DNA from: Paramecium tetraurelia
Lineage: Eukaryota
Length of the DNA: 64,000 bases
Direction of reading: 5' to 3'
NCBI GenBank assembly: GCA_000165425.1
Contig: CT868076.1
Span: 1-64,000, forward strand
Positions 37,631 to 51,490 of the stretch are shown one piece after another; the first letter of the stretch is position 1, and the number at the start of each line of letters is the position of its first letter. Under the pieces are notes generated by a model. That model was not told where the DNA came from. It saw only the letters and a list, made by a program, of their open reading frames with translations, and ran no database searches. The translations under genes were made by a program, and so were the position numbers.

Positions 37631-38639
37631 ATCCAAAATATTTTTTTGTCTTAGAATGTAATATTTTAATCTATTTATCGACCTTTCTGCTGGATGCTTA
37701 ATTATATTAGGGTAAAAATAACTTTGTTGCAAGTTTCAATGCGTTACTAGTAAGAATTGCTTCTTGAATGATTGTGCTGGCCTAATCCGATTACACAAAT
37801 GATATTAGTTTTCTGAGGAACACCATAAGTTTTCAGACGCAGTAAGCCTATTTTACATAATCTATTTAAGTCAGCCTATATAAGCTGCACCTGTTGTTTA
37901 CACTATTGACAAACTAGATAATTTAATATGTTAAATCTAAAATAATGCTCTAATTATTCTGATGGGTGATAATCTATGAATTAAGTTGGGTTAATCTATT
38001 GATAATTTCTGTCAACCATGCTAAAGATTAAATTTTGGTAACAATAATTAAATAATAAAAATTGTTATTATTAGGTAATTTGAGAGAAAATTTTATTCAA
38101 TCTGTGTTAATTAGTAGACTAGAGCTTTAATGAAGGCAGTTAGATTTTAGATTTGTTTAAGTTACTAGCAACAATAAGAATGGCTATATTTGTTTCCTCC
38201 TCAAAAGGCATATTAATATTCTCTAATTGTTTTCAATTTTGAGAAAAATTAATTTATTGAATGAGTATTTTTATTTTTTAATTTTGGTTGGTGATCATTC
38301 TGATGGCTTTTCTATTTAAGGAATATATTTCAAAGATCTTAATAAAAAATTGATTGTTAACTCAGAGTGCTATAATAATTTGTAAGTGTAATCAGAGAAG
38401 ATTTTAAATTGTTATATATTAAACTTTTAAATTCTATAGAATTATCAATATATAAGTTAATATATTTTTTGAATGGAATTTTAGTTCAACTGGCCCTAAC
38501 AAGTCTTTGAGCACTAATCATTATATATATATTAATCATTTTTAATGGTGAGATTTGTTTATATGATAGGAAAAGTTGTATTTAGAAGCCCAAAACCAAT
38601 AACAATTCTAAAAATTAAAAATTTTTGAATAATTGAACA

Positions 38640-41600
38640 ATACCTTGATTATGAGGTCCTTTACATTTTATGGATTAATTATCCTGAATAAGGTTTTATA
38701 AAATGTTATTGCTTTATTCTTTTTTAAATGAATCATTTCTATATCCTTTTTCTCCTGGTATATGTTGCGTTATTTAATACCTTAAATGGAATCTGAATAT
38801 CCATAAGAATGTTATTATAAATTTTGATGCAAAACCTAATGAGTTAGTAATACTCAATATAAAAGATAGCTTTTTTAATTAAGTACCCAAAGGAATGTTT
38901 ACTCATCATTACTTTTGAGATTTACTAACATTCCTAAAAAAAAGGTTATTTAATATATCATTTTCGAGTTAACCAATAGGACTAATATAAAGTAGAGCTT
39001 GCCTTATGTAAAGGAGAAGTATTTTAATTTTCAACTGGAATGTCATAAAAGCTTTTTAGAACTTAAATCTTCAAATTAGTACAGAACTAAAATAAAAATA
39101 ACTAGAAAATTATCGAATTTTAATTCAATATATCTTCTTAAAATCTGGAAATCATATTTAATCTTGACTGTCCAAATTATTTCTTACAAAGATTTATGGT
39201 CTTATCAATAACCTAAAATAATTATAAATCATTATAATATGTGTAGAATCATCGATATACATAATAATATAAAAATTTAATATATTATTTTTTGCAAAAT
39301 TAAACACTAAGATAAAAGCCTCCATCATCTTAAGAAGAGAAGGTATTTAAAAAATTTACCTTCTAAACCCCTTAAACTCTCAAGTTCACTCTAATGACTT
39401 ATTTTTAAACCAAAATTGAATCCTTACAAGAATAATTCTTGAGCTGAAAATGCATTAATTTTTTGAATCATAATAAAAGTCTTATCAATCTAAAGCATCA
39501 TCATTTTGAAGACAACAATATAATTAAAAAAGGTTTAAAAGAATTATCTTAACAGTAATTTAGGTTTTAGTTTTATTTAATTATGATAAAGTTACTTGTT
39601 ACTTAGAAAATTGAACATCTATATAAGTAAAAATTTTAAATTCAAAACAAAAAACGGAATATATTTTTTTATTTTATAAATGGAAGAACTTAATTATATC
39701 ATTTATTAAAGCATATTTTAATTTAATTTAAGAAATAATATAATTTTCTTTATCTCAGAATATTTTAGTTGGATAATTTCTGGTTCGATGACCTAATTGC
39801 TTTTAAGAAATTGATTTTTGTATATATTTTATCTTTCTCAAAATTTAAGATTAAAAAATCTTCACCTTAAGAGACGTTAATTGTGTAAGCAATTTTCTGG
39901 TTACTAAAACTAGCATAGCCATATTTTAAATTCCTATTAACAACTATGCAATCATGGATTGTTTATGCTTATATAATATATAATTTTAAGATTTCTAAAT
40001 AGTTTCTAATCTTTAAAGTGAGATAACAAAAATACTTCCAATATATTAAATTTCATTATTATTCAACTTTAATAATTGATCTTTATTTCCATTACTAAAT
40101 ATTATAATAGTACAACCCAGGCTAATTGATAACTTATTTACATGATTTTAAAATAAAAGTTAACTTCTTAAGTTAATACCCGCAAAGGCAAACCATCATG
40201 TGTCAACAAGTATTTTCTATTATCCTTTTGATTTGTGTAAGATTTAAATGAATCAACATGAGTTGCTGTCCTAGAAAGCTTTTTCTGCCAATCTTTGATA
40301 TATTTTTAATTTTGAAAAATGGGATTATACATCTCCACAAAAATGCAGTAAATATCTACTAATTGCATAAAAACTAAATTACCTAGACCTATTAAGTAAG
40401 AAAATACATCTGATTTAATTCTAGATGTTAGTTAAGTACATTTTTTATTTAACAAAACTTTCTTCAATTTTTAAATTATTCAAAAAATATAAAGGAGAGT
40501 GCTTTTGCGTTTACTCTAAAGGTAACCTCACTTTTTGATAATTTTATAATTTAACCAATTCATTTATACAAGCAAATATATAATATTACTTTTATTAAAG
40601 CATAAAGAATAGCATTTGTGCAATTTGCAATTTGAAATAGTTTTTTAAGTAATGGATAGAAGTTCGAATCATCTAACAAAACTTAAAGAGTTAATGAAGG
40701 CTAGGATCAGTTGATGACATTATTTATCAAGATTAGAGTAAATGATGAAAGAAGAAGAATGATAGAATGGGATATTTAGATAATATGACTTATAAAATAG
40801 GAGAGAATATTTAAAATGACTATAACGAGAAGTCAAAAGCAATAGTGGATGGTTACTATATATGTTTATTGTATAGTTATCTATCTACCATTGATTAGTT
40901 ATGAATAATTGAAGATAGTGCATCTAGATTGGGTATTACAATTAAGTAACTACGTAACTGTCGGCTAAGAGTCTACTCATTGTGTTGTCTTGACAGCAAG
41001 AATGTTCATTAATTTAATTAATGATGAGGGTTGATTTCAATATTTAATTATGCTTAAAGCTTTTGGAAAAATAGCTATGTATTCCAACAAAACAAAAATA
41101 TAACATTCTTGAATTATTCAAAAATAAATAATAAAATTATAATGAATTACTTTTAATGAATATTAAAGTATTGATCCTGGCCTTATTGGTTGCTCTTATA
41201 ACAAGCTAATAGTATAGTATTTCTTAATGTGATTGTTCCTAATTGTTATCAGAAGATGATTGCTAAAAAAATGATATCGATCAAATGTTAATGGGATAGC
41301 ACAAAGAAGACATGTAAAAACTAGGATACAACAACTAATCCAGTTGTAAACTATGCAAAATATTGTGATAATTTTAAAGAAATGGAATGTCCAAAACAAA
41401 AACCATGTAGCAATTGTGGATCTTACTCTGCATGTGCTTGGGGTCGATGGATAGTGTACATTTTTTACAGATTGCACAGCATTTAATAAAACAACAGATT
41501 CAGATTGTTAAGCTATTAGTAATAAATGTATTACTGATGGAACTCATTGTGTTGAAATTGATACTTGTGATAAATATAAAAAACAATAATCTTGTGTAAA

Positions 41601-44600
41601 AAGCTTATTAGATAATTTTTGTTATTGGGATACAAAAAATAATAATTGTGTTGATGCTGATACTTGTGATAAATTACCAATTAAATTTTAAACAGATAAA
41701 GAATGTAGACATGAAATACAAAGTTGTACTGCAAAATCAGGAGGTGGATGTATTGATAGCGGAATTAATTGTAGTGATTAAATTTTAGAAATTTAATGTT
41801 TTTGGGATTAATCAATGAAAATGGAATGTTATTGGAATGGAACGTAATGTAAAGATAGGATATGTGATAATGCACCTACCACTTTAAATAATGATGATGC
41901 TTGTAAATTATTCAAAACTGATGGATCATGTACAACAAAACTAAATGGTGGATGTATTACTAGAACTACTTGTTAAGCTGCTTCAATATAAGCTGCATGT
42001 ATTAAAAATAGTACAAATGAAAGATTGTTATTGGACTGGAACTGCATGTGTGGATAAAATATGTTCAAATGCACCAACTACATTAACAACTAATTCAGCT
42101 TGCGAAACTTTTTCAAAAGGATGCATAACAAAGTAAGGGGGAGGATGTGTTCTAAATGGAGATTGCTCAGCTGCTAATATTTCAACTGCATGTGTTAAAA
42201 ATATCAATAATTTTGATTGTATTTGGGATTCAACTTGCAAAGAGAAAACATGTGTAAATGCTCCAAAATCAAATACTACTCATGATTAATGTACTTCTTA
42301 TTTATCAACATGTACAGTTTAATAAGGAGGAGGATGTCAATAGAGAACGTGTGACAATGCTCCTATAACATTGAATACAAATGATGCATGTGAAACTTAT
42401 TTACCTGCAAATAAATGTATAACCAAAAATGGAGGTGGATGTACAATAAACACCACTTGTTCACTCATCTCAATAGATGTTGCTTGTATCAAAAATTCAT
42501 TAGGCTAATCTTGCTTTTGGCATGTTGCAAGTGGAAGTTGCAAAGACAAAATTTGTGTAAATGCTCCCTCTAGTAATAATAGTCATGAACTTTGTTAATA
42601 ATTTTTGAATTCTTGCACTGTGAATTCTACAAATACAGGATGTGTAGAAAAAACTTGTGAGAATTCATTAACTTTATCAACTTGTGATAAAGACTTAAAC
42701 AACAACATGTGCATTTGGAAAGCAAGATGTTATAAGAAATAATGCGCAATGGCTTCAAGTTCAATAACATCTCATTCTGAGTGTTAAACTTATTATTCAA
42801 GTTGTACATTAAGCAACACTGGAAAAGGATGTGTTACATTACCTCTCAAATGTGAAGCAATTACAATAGAAGCTGCTTGCAAGATAAAGGCTAATAAATA
42901 ATCTTGTGGTTGGACAGGATCTTAATGTATTGAAAAAGCTTGCAATACTGCGCCAAAAACTATTTAAACAACTTTAGACTGTCAAACTTACTTATCTTCT
43001 TGTGTTGCTAATAATCCAGTTACTGTAAATGGTAGCTCAACTATTTAAGGATGCTAAGATTTACCTAAAACTTGCGATTCTAGAAAATCATCTGAAAATT
43101 GTAATATTACAAGAGCAGCATTTCCAACCTGTTTTTGGGATTCTTCATCTAACAAATGTGTTGAAGAAATCCTGTACAACTGCAAATTTATCAGGCACAC
43201 CAGGAGCACTTTCAAAAGGGTAATTCACATTTGATAATTGTTAAAGTTATATGAGCACATGCACAACTACTAATGCTCAAGGTAGTTGTACTCAAACATC
43301 ATATCCTTGCATTTCAAATAATATTTAAGATGGATGTATGGTTAAGCCCACAAGTTGTTCATAGTTAGTTCAGTAAAATTGTAAAGATGGATCTAAATCT
43401 ATTGGAGATTGTTATTGGAATGGATCTAATTGTGTTGAAAAGATATGTACTAATATAATATTAAAAACACATAACGATTGCTATAATATATTCAATCAAT
43501 GTACCGTCAATGATGATGGCACAGCATGTATACCATTAGCCACTGCTTGTAATTCATATAAAATTTAAGAGAATTGTAAAATTTCATCTACATAGAAGAA
43601 TTGTTATTGGACAGGAATAGTTTGTAGAAATGCAATTTGTGATGATACTCCAGATTCTGATCTATTTGATTCAGATGAAGAATGTCTTAAATATCAAACT
43701 CAAAATGAAACTTGTACAATAATTGCAAAAGCGGGAGGTCAAGGGTGTGTTTAAAAATAGCCAGTTTGTTCGAATTACAAGACATCTAATTAATGCCATA
43801 AAACTTTATCAAATTTAAATGCTTAAGATGATTGTAAATGGATTAATGGAATATGTTATTCATTGTCAACTTTTGCAACAGGAGCTTGTTCTACGTTTAA
43901 AGGAACATAAGATATGTGCAAAGCTTATAGATTGGGATGTACAAACGTAGCTAATGCTAGTAACTTCAACTGCATGTACATTAGATTGTACTTTAAAAAT
44001 TGGAAGTGGATTGACATTCTAAGATTGTTAAAATATGGATCCAACTTGTTCGGTTAAAAAGGATGGTAGTGGTTGTATTGTAATTTAATCTACATGTGCA
44101 GGATATGGAACAACAGATGTAAATTGTTATAAATCAAATGCAACTGGAACACAAGCAAATTGTCTCATGAATAAAGCCACACCACCAAGTTGTTAATCAG
44201 TGAGTTCAGCGTCTGATTGTGCACTTGTAAGTGGATCAGGACTTGATCATGCTAAATGCTAAGCATATAATATTGCATGTACATCTTTAGGTAATGGAAA
44301 TGGGTGTTAAGAAGTTAAGGCAAATTGCACTGCTTATACTGGTAATGCTGATAATTGCACAGTATCATAATAAGGACAATGCTTTTTAAATGGTTCTGAT
44401 TGTATTCGTTTTTCTAATTGCTTTTCAATTACTGGAACAAACCTTACTCATGAAATCTGTAGTTCCTATAACACTGATTGCACAGTAAATAAATAAAAAA
44501 CAGCATGTTAAGATAAGAGAGCCACATGTGATTTATACAGATCTCAAGAATAATGCACCGTATCTGCAGCTGAATCCAAAGAAAGTTAATGTGTCTGGAG

Positions 44601-47600
44601 TGGTACAGCATGTCTTGCTGTTAAAGTAGTTGCTACTGATTGTTCCTACATAACTGGAACAAACTTGACCAATTCATTTTGCGCTACATACAATGATAAT
44701 TGCACTTTAAATTATGAAAAGACAGCCTGTTAGGAGAAAAAAGCTTCATGTGGTTTATATTCAACTAAAAGTTCATGTACTCTATCATAGGTGACTGGAT
44801 CAGCAGGCAAATGTTTATGGAATAATGGAGGGTGTACTTTTATGACATCACTCACTAATTTTGCTAATTCTATTTTTGGGACTAAAATAACAAATGCAAG
44901 ATGTGAATAGTTCCATCCAGCATTTGCAGTAACAAAAGTAGAATATGGCTGCTTTGTAAAAAAAAGTTCATGTAGTATGTACACAGAAGACTATTGTACA
45001 ACATCCTCAGCATCAGGCACAGCAGCATATTGTTTTTGGGATGGTTCAAAATGTTAGCCACACACATCTAGTTCTCTATGCAAATCTTTTACAGGAGATC
45101 AATTACCTGAGAGTTATTGCCCTTCAGCTAATCCATTGTGTACAACAAAATTAACGAGAGACGGTTGTTATCAACAGAAGGCTAATTGTTCAGATTATGG
45201 TGTTGAAGGTGATTGCTAATAATCATTAGCTTCTGGTACAGCAGGATTTTGTATATGGACTGGTTCAACTTGCACTTATGTGACAGACCCTGCCAATCAA
45301 TGTACTAAAGTTAACACCACTATTATTACTACAGAGACACTTTGTGCTAGTTATCATGCTTCTTGTATTCCTTACTTTGGTGAAGGAGGATGTCAATAGA
45401 TTCAATCAAATTGTGCTTCATACTTAGCTAAAAACTCCTGTTATAAATCATTGAACGAAGGTTATTGTGCTTGGATAAATAACAGTTGTATACATATAAC
45501 AAGCCCGAGTCAATGTGCTTCAGTTTCTGGTTCTAATTTGACTAGTACTTATTGCAATGGATTACATGAAGAATGCTGGACAACTTTAAGAAAAAATGGT
45601 TGCTATTAGATGAAAAATACTTGTGCAGAATACTTAACGAATGACAGTATTTGTGTTAGAAGTAAAAATGAAGGACTCTGTGGTTGGTTCGATACTTCTG
45701 GGTGTTATAAAATAACATCTCCAAGCTAATGCGATACCATGGTCATAATGTAGATAGACCCCAATTTTAAAACAACAGATGCCTTCTGCGCTACTTTTCA
45801 TCCTGGCTGCATTGCAAATATCAGTAAAATGGGTTGTTAAGAACTGTTAGCAAGTTGTTCATCATATAAAGATTTAGATAAATGTATTTAAGCTGGAAAT
45901 TCACAAGTTAAAGTACAATGTTTTTGGAAAGATGGAACTTGCAATTAGATAATAGATCCTGCTAATCAATGTGCCAATATTCCATTTTCAATTAATATAA
46001 CTGACGCCGAATGTGCATCCTATTCTAGTGGTTGCACTGTCAAAAAAACATAAAATTACTGTCAAGTAAGAAAAGCAGTTTGTGCGAATTATACAACAAA
46101 TATTGATTGTACATATTCAGCTGCTGCACCTCCTTACCAATTTATGTGTTTTTATCAATTCTAATTGTGTTGTTGCAAGAGAATTGTTAACTGATTGTGC
46201 TGCCATTACTGCAACTTCAGGTTTGACTGATACCGATTGCTCTGAGTATAACCCTACATGCGTATCAAATAAACCTGGAACTGCTCGTTAAGATAAAAAA
46301 AGCTCATGTTCTGATTACCAAAATTAAGATTAATGTACTGTTTCCTCAAGTTCTAAATGCATTTGGAAATCTAGTTGTATTTCTATTAATAATGCTTCTA
46401 CTGACTGTGTATATGTAGTTGGTACAAATTTAACTCATGATATTTGTGTCTCTTATAACGTTGGATGCACAGTAAATAAAACAGGAACCTCTTGTTAAGA
46501 AATGAAAAACACTTGTGCAGAGTATACAAAAAGTGACAACTGCACTAGGTCGTAAGATTCTGGAACATCAAGTAATTGTGTCTGGCATTCTACATGCACT
46601 TCTGTCACCAATGCTAGTACCGATTGTGGTTATGTAACTGGTATCAATCTGACCAAAGATGTATGTGCTTTATATAATGATAATTGCACGGTTAATTATT
46701 CAGGAACTGCTTGTTAGGAAAAGAAATCCAGTTGTTCAGCTTATACTTTGAAAGAAAATTGTTCAGCAAATTGCATATGGGATGAAGCATTAAAATGCAT
46801 TTCTGTCTCAGATCCTTCTACTTAATGCAGCTTAGTGAATGGAAAGACAGGACTCAACCTTGACATGTGTAAATTATATCATAGTGAATGTGTTAATTTA
46901 AAGGATGGTACTGCATGTTAACACGTATAGGCAGATTGTAAGAATTATACAACTTAAAATTAATGTGTTGCAATAAGTAATGGTACTTCCTGTTTATGGT
47001 ATGAAAATTCTTGCTACAAAATAACAGGAACAACTTGTAATAAAATTACTGGGACTAGTCTAAATCATAATATATGTTAGTCATATAACAAAGAGTGCAC
47101 TTCAGTAAGTGATGGCACTTAATGTTAAGATTATAAGTCAACATGCGAATAGTATGTAGGAACAACTGAATCTTGTATTTAATCTGTAAATGGAAAATGC
47201 TACCTCTATAATTCAAATACTTGCATTACTATTTTAAATGTTTCTACCGATTGTGCTAAGATTACAGGTGTATCATTAACTTATGAAATATGTTAATCAT
47301 ATAATTTGGGATGCAGTGTTAATAGAGCCAAAACTGCTTGTGTTTAAAAAGCAGCTTAATGTTCTGGATATTCAACTGCTATGAGTGGTTGCTATCAAGC
47401 AGGAGAAGGATTATGTATTGCATCCAGTAGTAATGATTCAGCATGTGTGCCTGCCTCAAGTTCCTCTACCTGTGAAAACGTATTTTTAGGAACAGGCAAT
47501 TATACTCATGATAATTGTAGTACAATGAAAACTGGATGTACTGTAAATGGAAGTACAGGATGTATGGCTAGAACTTGTGCAAATGCCACAGGTTTTACAT

Positions 47601-50600
47601 TTAATCATGATAATTGTTATTCTTGGTTGAAAACTTGTACAGTAAATTAGACTAATAATGGTTGCACTATCATGACTGCCAAATGTTCAGATTAATCATC
47701 TACTTAATGTCTAAATGCAATAGAAGGAGTGTGTCTAGTGTTTAATTCTATTTGTATTAGAAAAGGATGTGATACAGCTCCATCAGATGCTTCTCATGAT
47801 GATGATACAGAATGTTCTAATTATTCATAGGCTTGTACAGTTGCAAGAGCAGGTGGATGTCAAGTAAGAACTGCATGTTCATTATATAAATCATCATTAT
47901 AATGTAAATTAGATATGAATGATAAAAAATGTTTCTGGAATCCTTCTGTTAAGACATGTGTTGATTTGGCTTGTGCAAATATAGAGGTTTCAAATTTATA
48001 TAATACTCATGCTAAATGCTTTGCAGTTGATTCAAATTTAGGTTGTACAGTCAGAGCACTTAATAAAGTAGTTGCTCCTGGTTGCATGGCAAGAGGACCA
48101 TGTAGTTCATATACTATTAAAGATTAATGCATAACTAATGCTAGTGGAATAGATTGTGCTTGGAATACAAGTAGTAGTTTACCTGAACCTGCTTGCTAGG
48201 ATAAGTCATGTACAACTGCTCCTAGCTCCACATTAACTCACAATGATTGCTTCAATTATTATAATACATCAACTATTAAATGTACTGTGTATGCTATTCC
48301 AGATGCTAATGGTGGATAACCAATTCTAAGAGGATGTTAATAAACTGCAGCCTGTTCAACTTATATTGATAGTGAGTAATGTAAAATAAATGCTGCTGGT
48401 GATCCTTGTGGATGGAATGGAAAAGAATGCAATGATAAATCTTGTTCCACTGCTCCTGCTACATCAGAATATGACGATAATACAAAATGTAGAGCTTATT
48501 TGAACAATCAATGCACAGTATCATCAGAAGGATAAGGTTGTATAGATATTCCAGAGAGTTGTGAGTCAATGAATTAGAAACAATGTTATTTCAATAGTAC
48601 TGGACAATCCTGTTATTGGACTGGAACAGAGTGTATTACTAAATCTTGTGAAAATGCTCCAATAGAAACAGCTACAGCTGAACAATGCAATAACTATTTA
48701 TATGGATGTACAATAGATGTTATAAAATGCAAAATTAAAATCTGCGAAGATTATGTTTTAACAACTGATGAACAATGTAGTTATGCGTTATCTACATGTA
48801 CTACAAATGGTGTTAATTGTGTTACCAGAGGAACATGTGTTTAAGCTTAAAATAAAGCTGGATGTGTTGTATCTTCTACTGGATAATCTTGTGAATGGAT
48901 ACCTGATGTCGTAAATTCTCAAAATGTTGTAACTACTGCAGCATATTGTACAATTAAAACTTGTAATACTGCCCCAATTAGTTTATAGACTGATGTAGAT
49001 TGTGGAAAGTATTTTACAAATTGTACAACTAAAAGTGGAGGAGGTTGTGTTACTAAATCAAGTTGTTCTGCTGCCTCTGTAAATGCTGCTTGTATAACTG
49101 CATTAAACGGTACAATATGTGTATGGGATAATACATTAAATAAATGTAGAGATAAAGATTGTTAAGATTTTATAGGAACAACTCACACCATTTGTTAAAC
49201 TTAAAGATAAGGATGTACTGCTGGACCTAATGGTAGATGTGCTAGAGTTTAAAGTTGTGAATTAACTACTATTAGAGAAGCTTGTATTGAAGGTACAAAT
49301 GGACCATGTTTATGGATTGAGAAGTTTGTCAATAATGATGGGTCAAAAGGAGCTTGTTTTGCATATACATCATGCAAGAGTTTAGCTTGGAATAGTGATG
49401 AATCTTGTAAATTAATAAGTAATAAATGTACAACTAATGGAACTAATTGTATTGGAATTACTACATGTACTGAGACAAATATTGATGGTGGATGTGTTAC
49501 AGGGTATGATGGATCTTGCATTTAATCTGTTCCTGCTTTGAATTCTTCTGATCCTAAGATTTGTAAACCATTTAAATCATGTGCAGATGCCTTTTATGCA
49601 ACTCATAAAGATTGTTAAATTGCTAATAAAAAATGTACAACAGATGGAACTACTGGTTGCATTCCTTTAGGTGCATGTTCAACTTATAAATCTTAACCAG
49701 GATGTTAGATAAATGATAAAGGATATGTAGTTGAATCTGGTGTTATAACTTCAACAGGTGTTTGTACTTGGGATATGAGTACAAGTGTTTGTAGAGATTA
49801 AATTTGCTCTGATTTGAATGGTGTTACTGATTCAATTTGTAATTCTTAATTATCAACATGTACTTCAGATGGTACTAAATGTTTACTTAAAACAAATTGT
49901 TCTAGTTATTATACCTAAGTTATTTGTTCATCAGCTGTTGGAAATGATGGACTTTGTTTTTGGGAAGTTGGTTCTGCTTCAAATAATAATACAGCCAAAT
50001 GTAGATTACTCTCTTGTGCTGATATTCAAAATGGAACATCCATTAGTATTTGTTAAGCTGCTTTACCATCATGCATTTCAAATGGAACTGTTTGTATCCC
50101 AAAGGCCAAATGTTCAACTTACACAACTAAAACAGCATGCAATTTTGGTGGATTAGATGGAATTTGTGTATTTACATAATCAACTTCTGCATAGGCTGTG
50201 CCTGATAGTGGAACTTGTTCTTTAATGAATTCATGTTCATCTCGCAAATAATGATTAAAGTGCTTGTGTAGCTGCATAAGATAGATGTTCATGGAGTCCT
50301 GCTAGTTCTAGTATTACAAGTATATGTACAAGTCATACATGTGGTACATATAATTAAGTGAGTGGAACTTGTTCAAGATTCTTTAATTGGGATAACATAA
50401 TCATAATAGATATGTTCTATGATTAATGGAATATGCAGAGCCACTATACACATCAACATTAATATAAAGTGATGTTCTTAAACTTTCAGGATACACATAT
50501 ACATGGAATAGTTAATCAAACAAATGCTAAGTTTGTACTAAAAAAGATTAGCCAAATGGTCCTATCAATAATACAATCAATTATACAAATAACTCTAATA

Positions 50601-51490
50601 CAGCTTAAGGGTTATTATTAACATTCATCTTAGGCTATTTGATGATTTGATAATATTAGAATATAAATTAATTTATTTTTATAAAAAATCATTCTACTAA
50701 ATAGTAATTGTTAATTAATTAATTAATTAGTTATTATCAATTAATATCTCTACCAACAAACACTCTTGTTAAGGAAATCTACTGATCTTATTATATATTT
50801 TCATAATGTTATTGAAGTGGTTCAAGAGGGTGATTTTTAATATTATTAATGATAATTATGGCAAAGATTAATTTTAACTTTAATATCTTATTTTTTATGC
50901 TGATTAAAAATGCGAATGAATTATAGTTTATTGTTGATATTATTTTTAATCTTAACTGTGTTGTAAAAATGAATAATTTGTCTATGAGGGATTTCATCTA
51001 TATTATGCATGCAACAAATATGCTTTATTTGGATTGATTGAAAAGAGGATGAGGGTTTTGTTATTAAAAAAACTTCATAATGCATATTGTTGCAGATATT
51101 TTTCATATATAACGTTTCCTAAAAAATTTAATGATATGAATTTCTTTTTCTCTTAATATAAAAAAATTTTTTCAGTAAAATCTTGCTAAGATACAACTTT
51201 AAAGCGATGATGATTCTAAATAAAACTAACTTTTCTTTACTGAATTAAAAATTAAAACAAAAAGAACGCCAGAAAAATTCAATAATTTAAGTCTATTAAT
51301 TAATATCATGAAAATTCACTTATTTTATCCATTTAAAAAGATTTTTGAGTTATTTGAAAATAAAAACAATCCTTTATCATACTATCATACTACCAACCAT
51401 CAATATTTAAATTAATTTTATAAAGAAAGGTGAATTGATTATAAATCTTATTATTTTTTCGCATTAATCCAGCTTAAAACTTTAAATCAT
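38640..51490 (+). repeat. Tandem segmental duplication unit B (contains antigen copy 3)
   Basis: Upstream and downstream flanks are homologous to unit A and upstream flank to unit C. Confidence 0.85.
41156..50650 (+). CDS. Variable surface antigen, 51A/51B/156G-like, copy 3; ~3160 aa; apparent frameshifts
   Basis: Same signal peptide MNIKVLILALLVALITS and C-terminus GLLLTFILGYLMI-TGA as copy 2, with Cys-periodic repeats throughout. Confidence 0.92.

Noticed and set aside
37680..38420. Possible WD40-like or other pseudogene fragment on +
   Set aside because: Only vague resemblance with multiple stops, so it cannot be assigned without a profile search.
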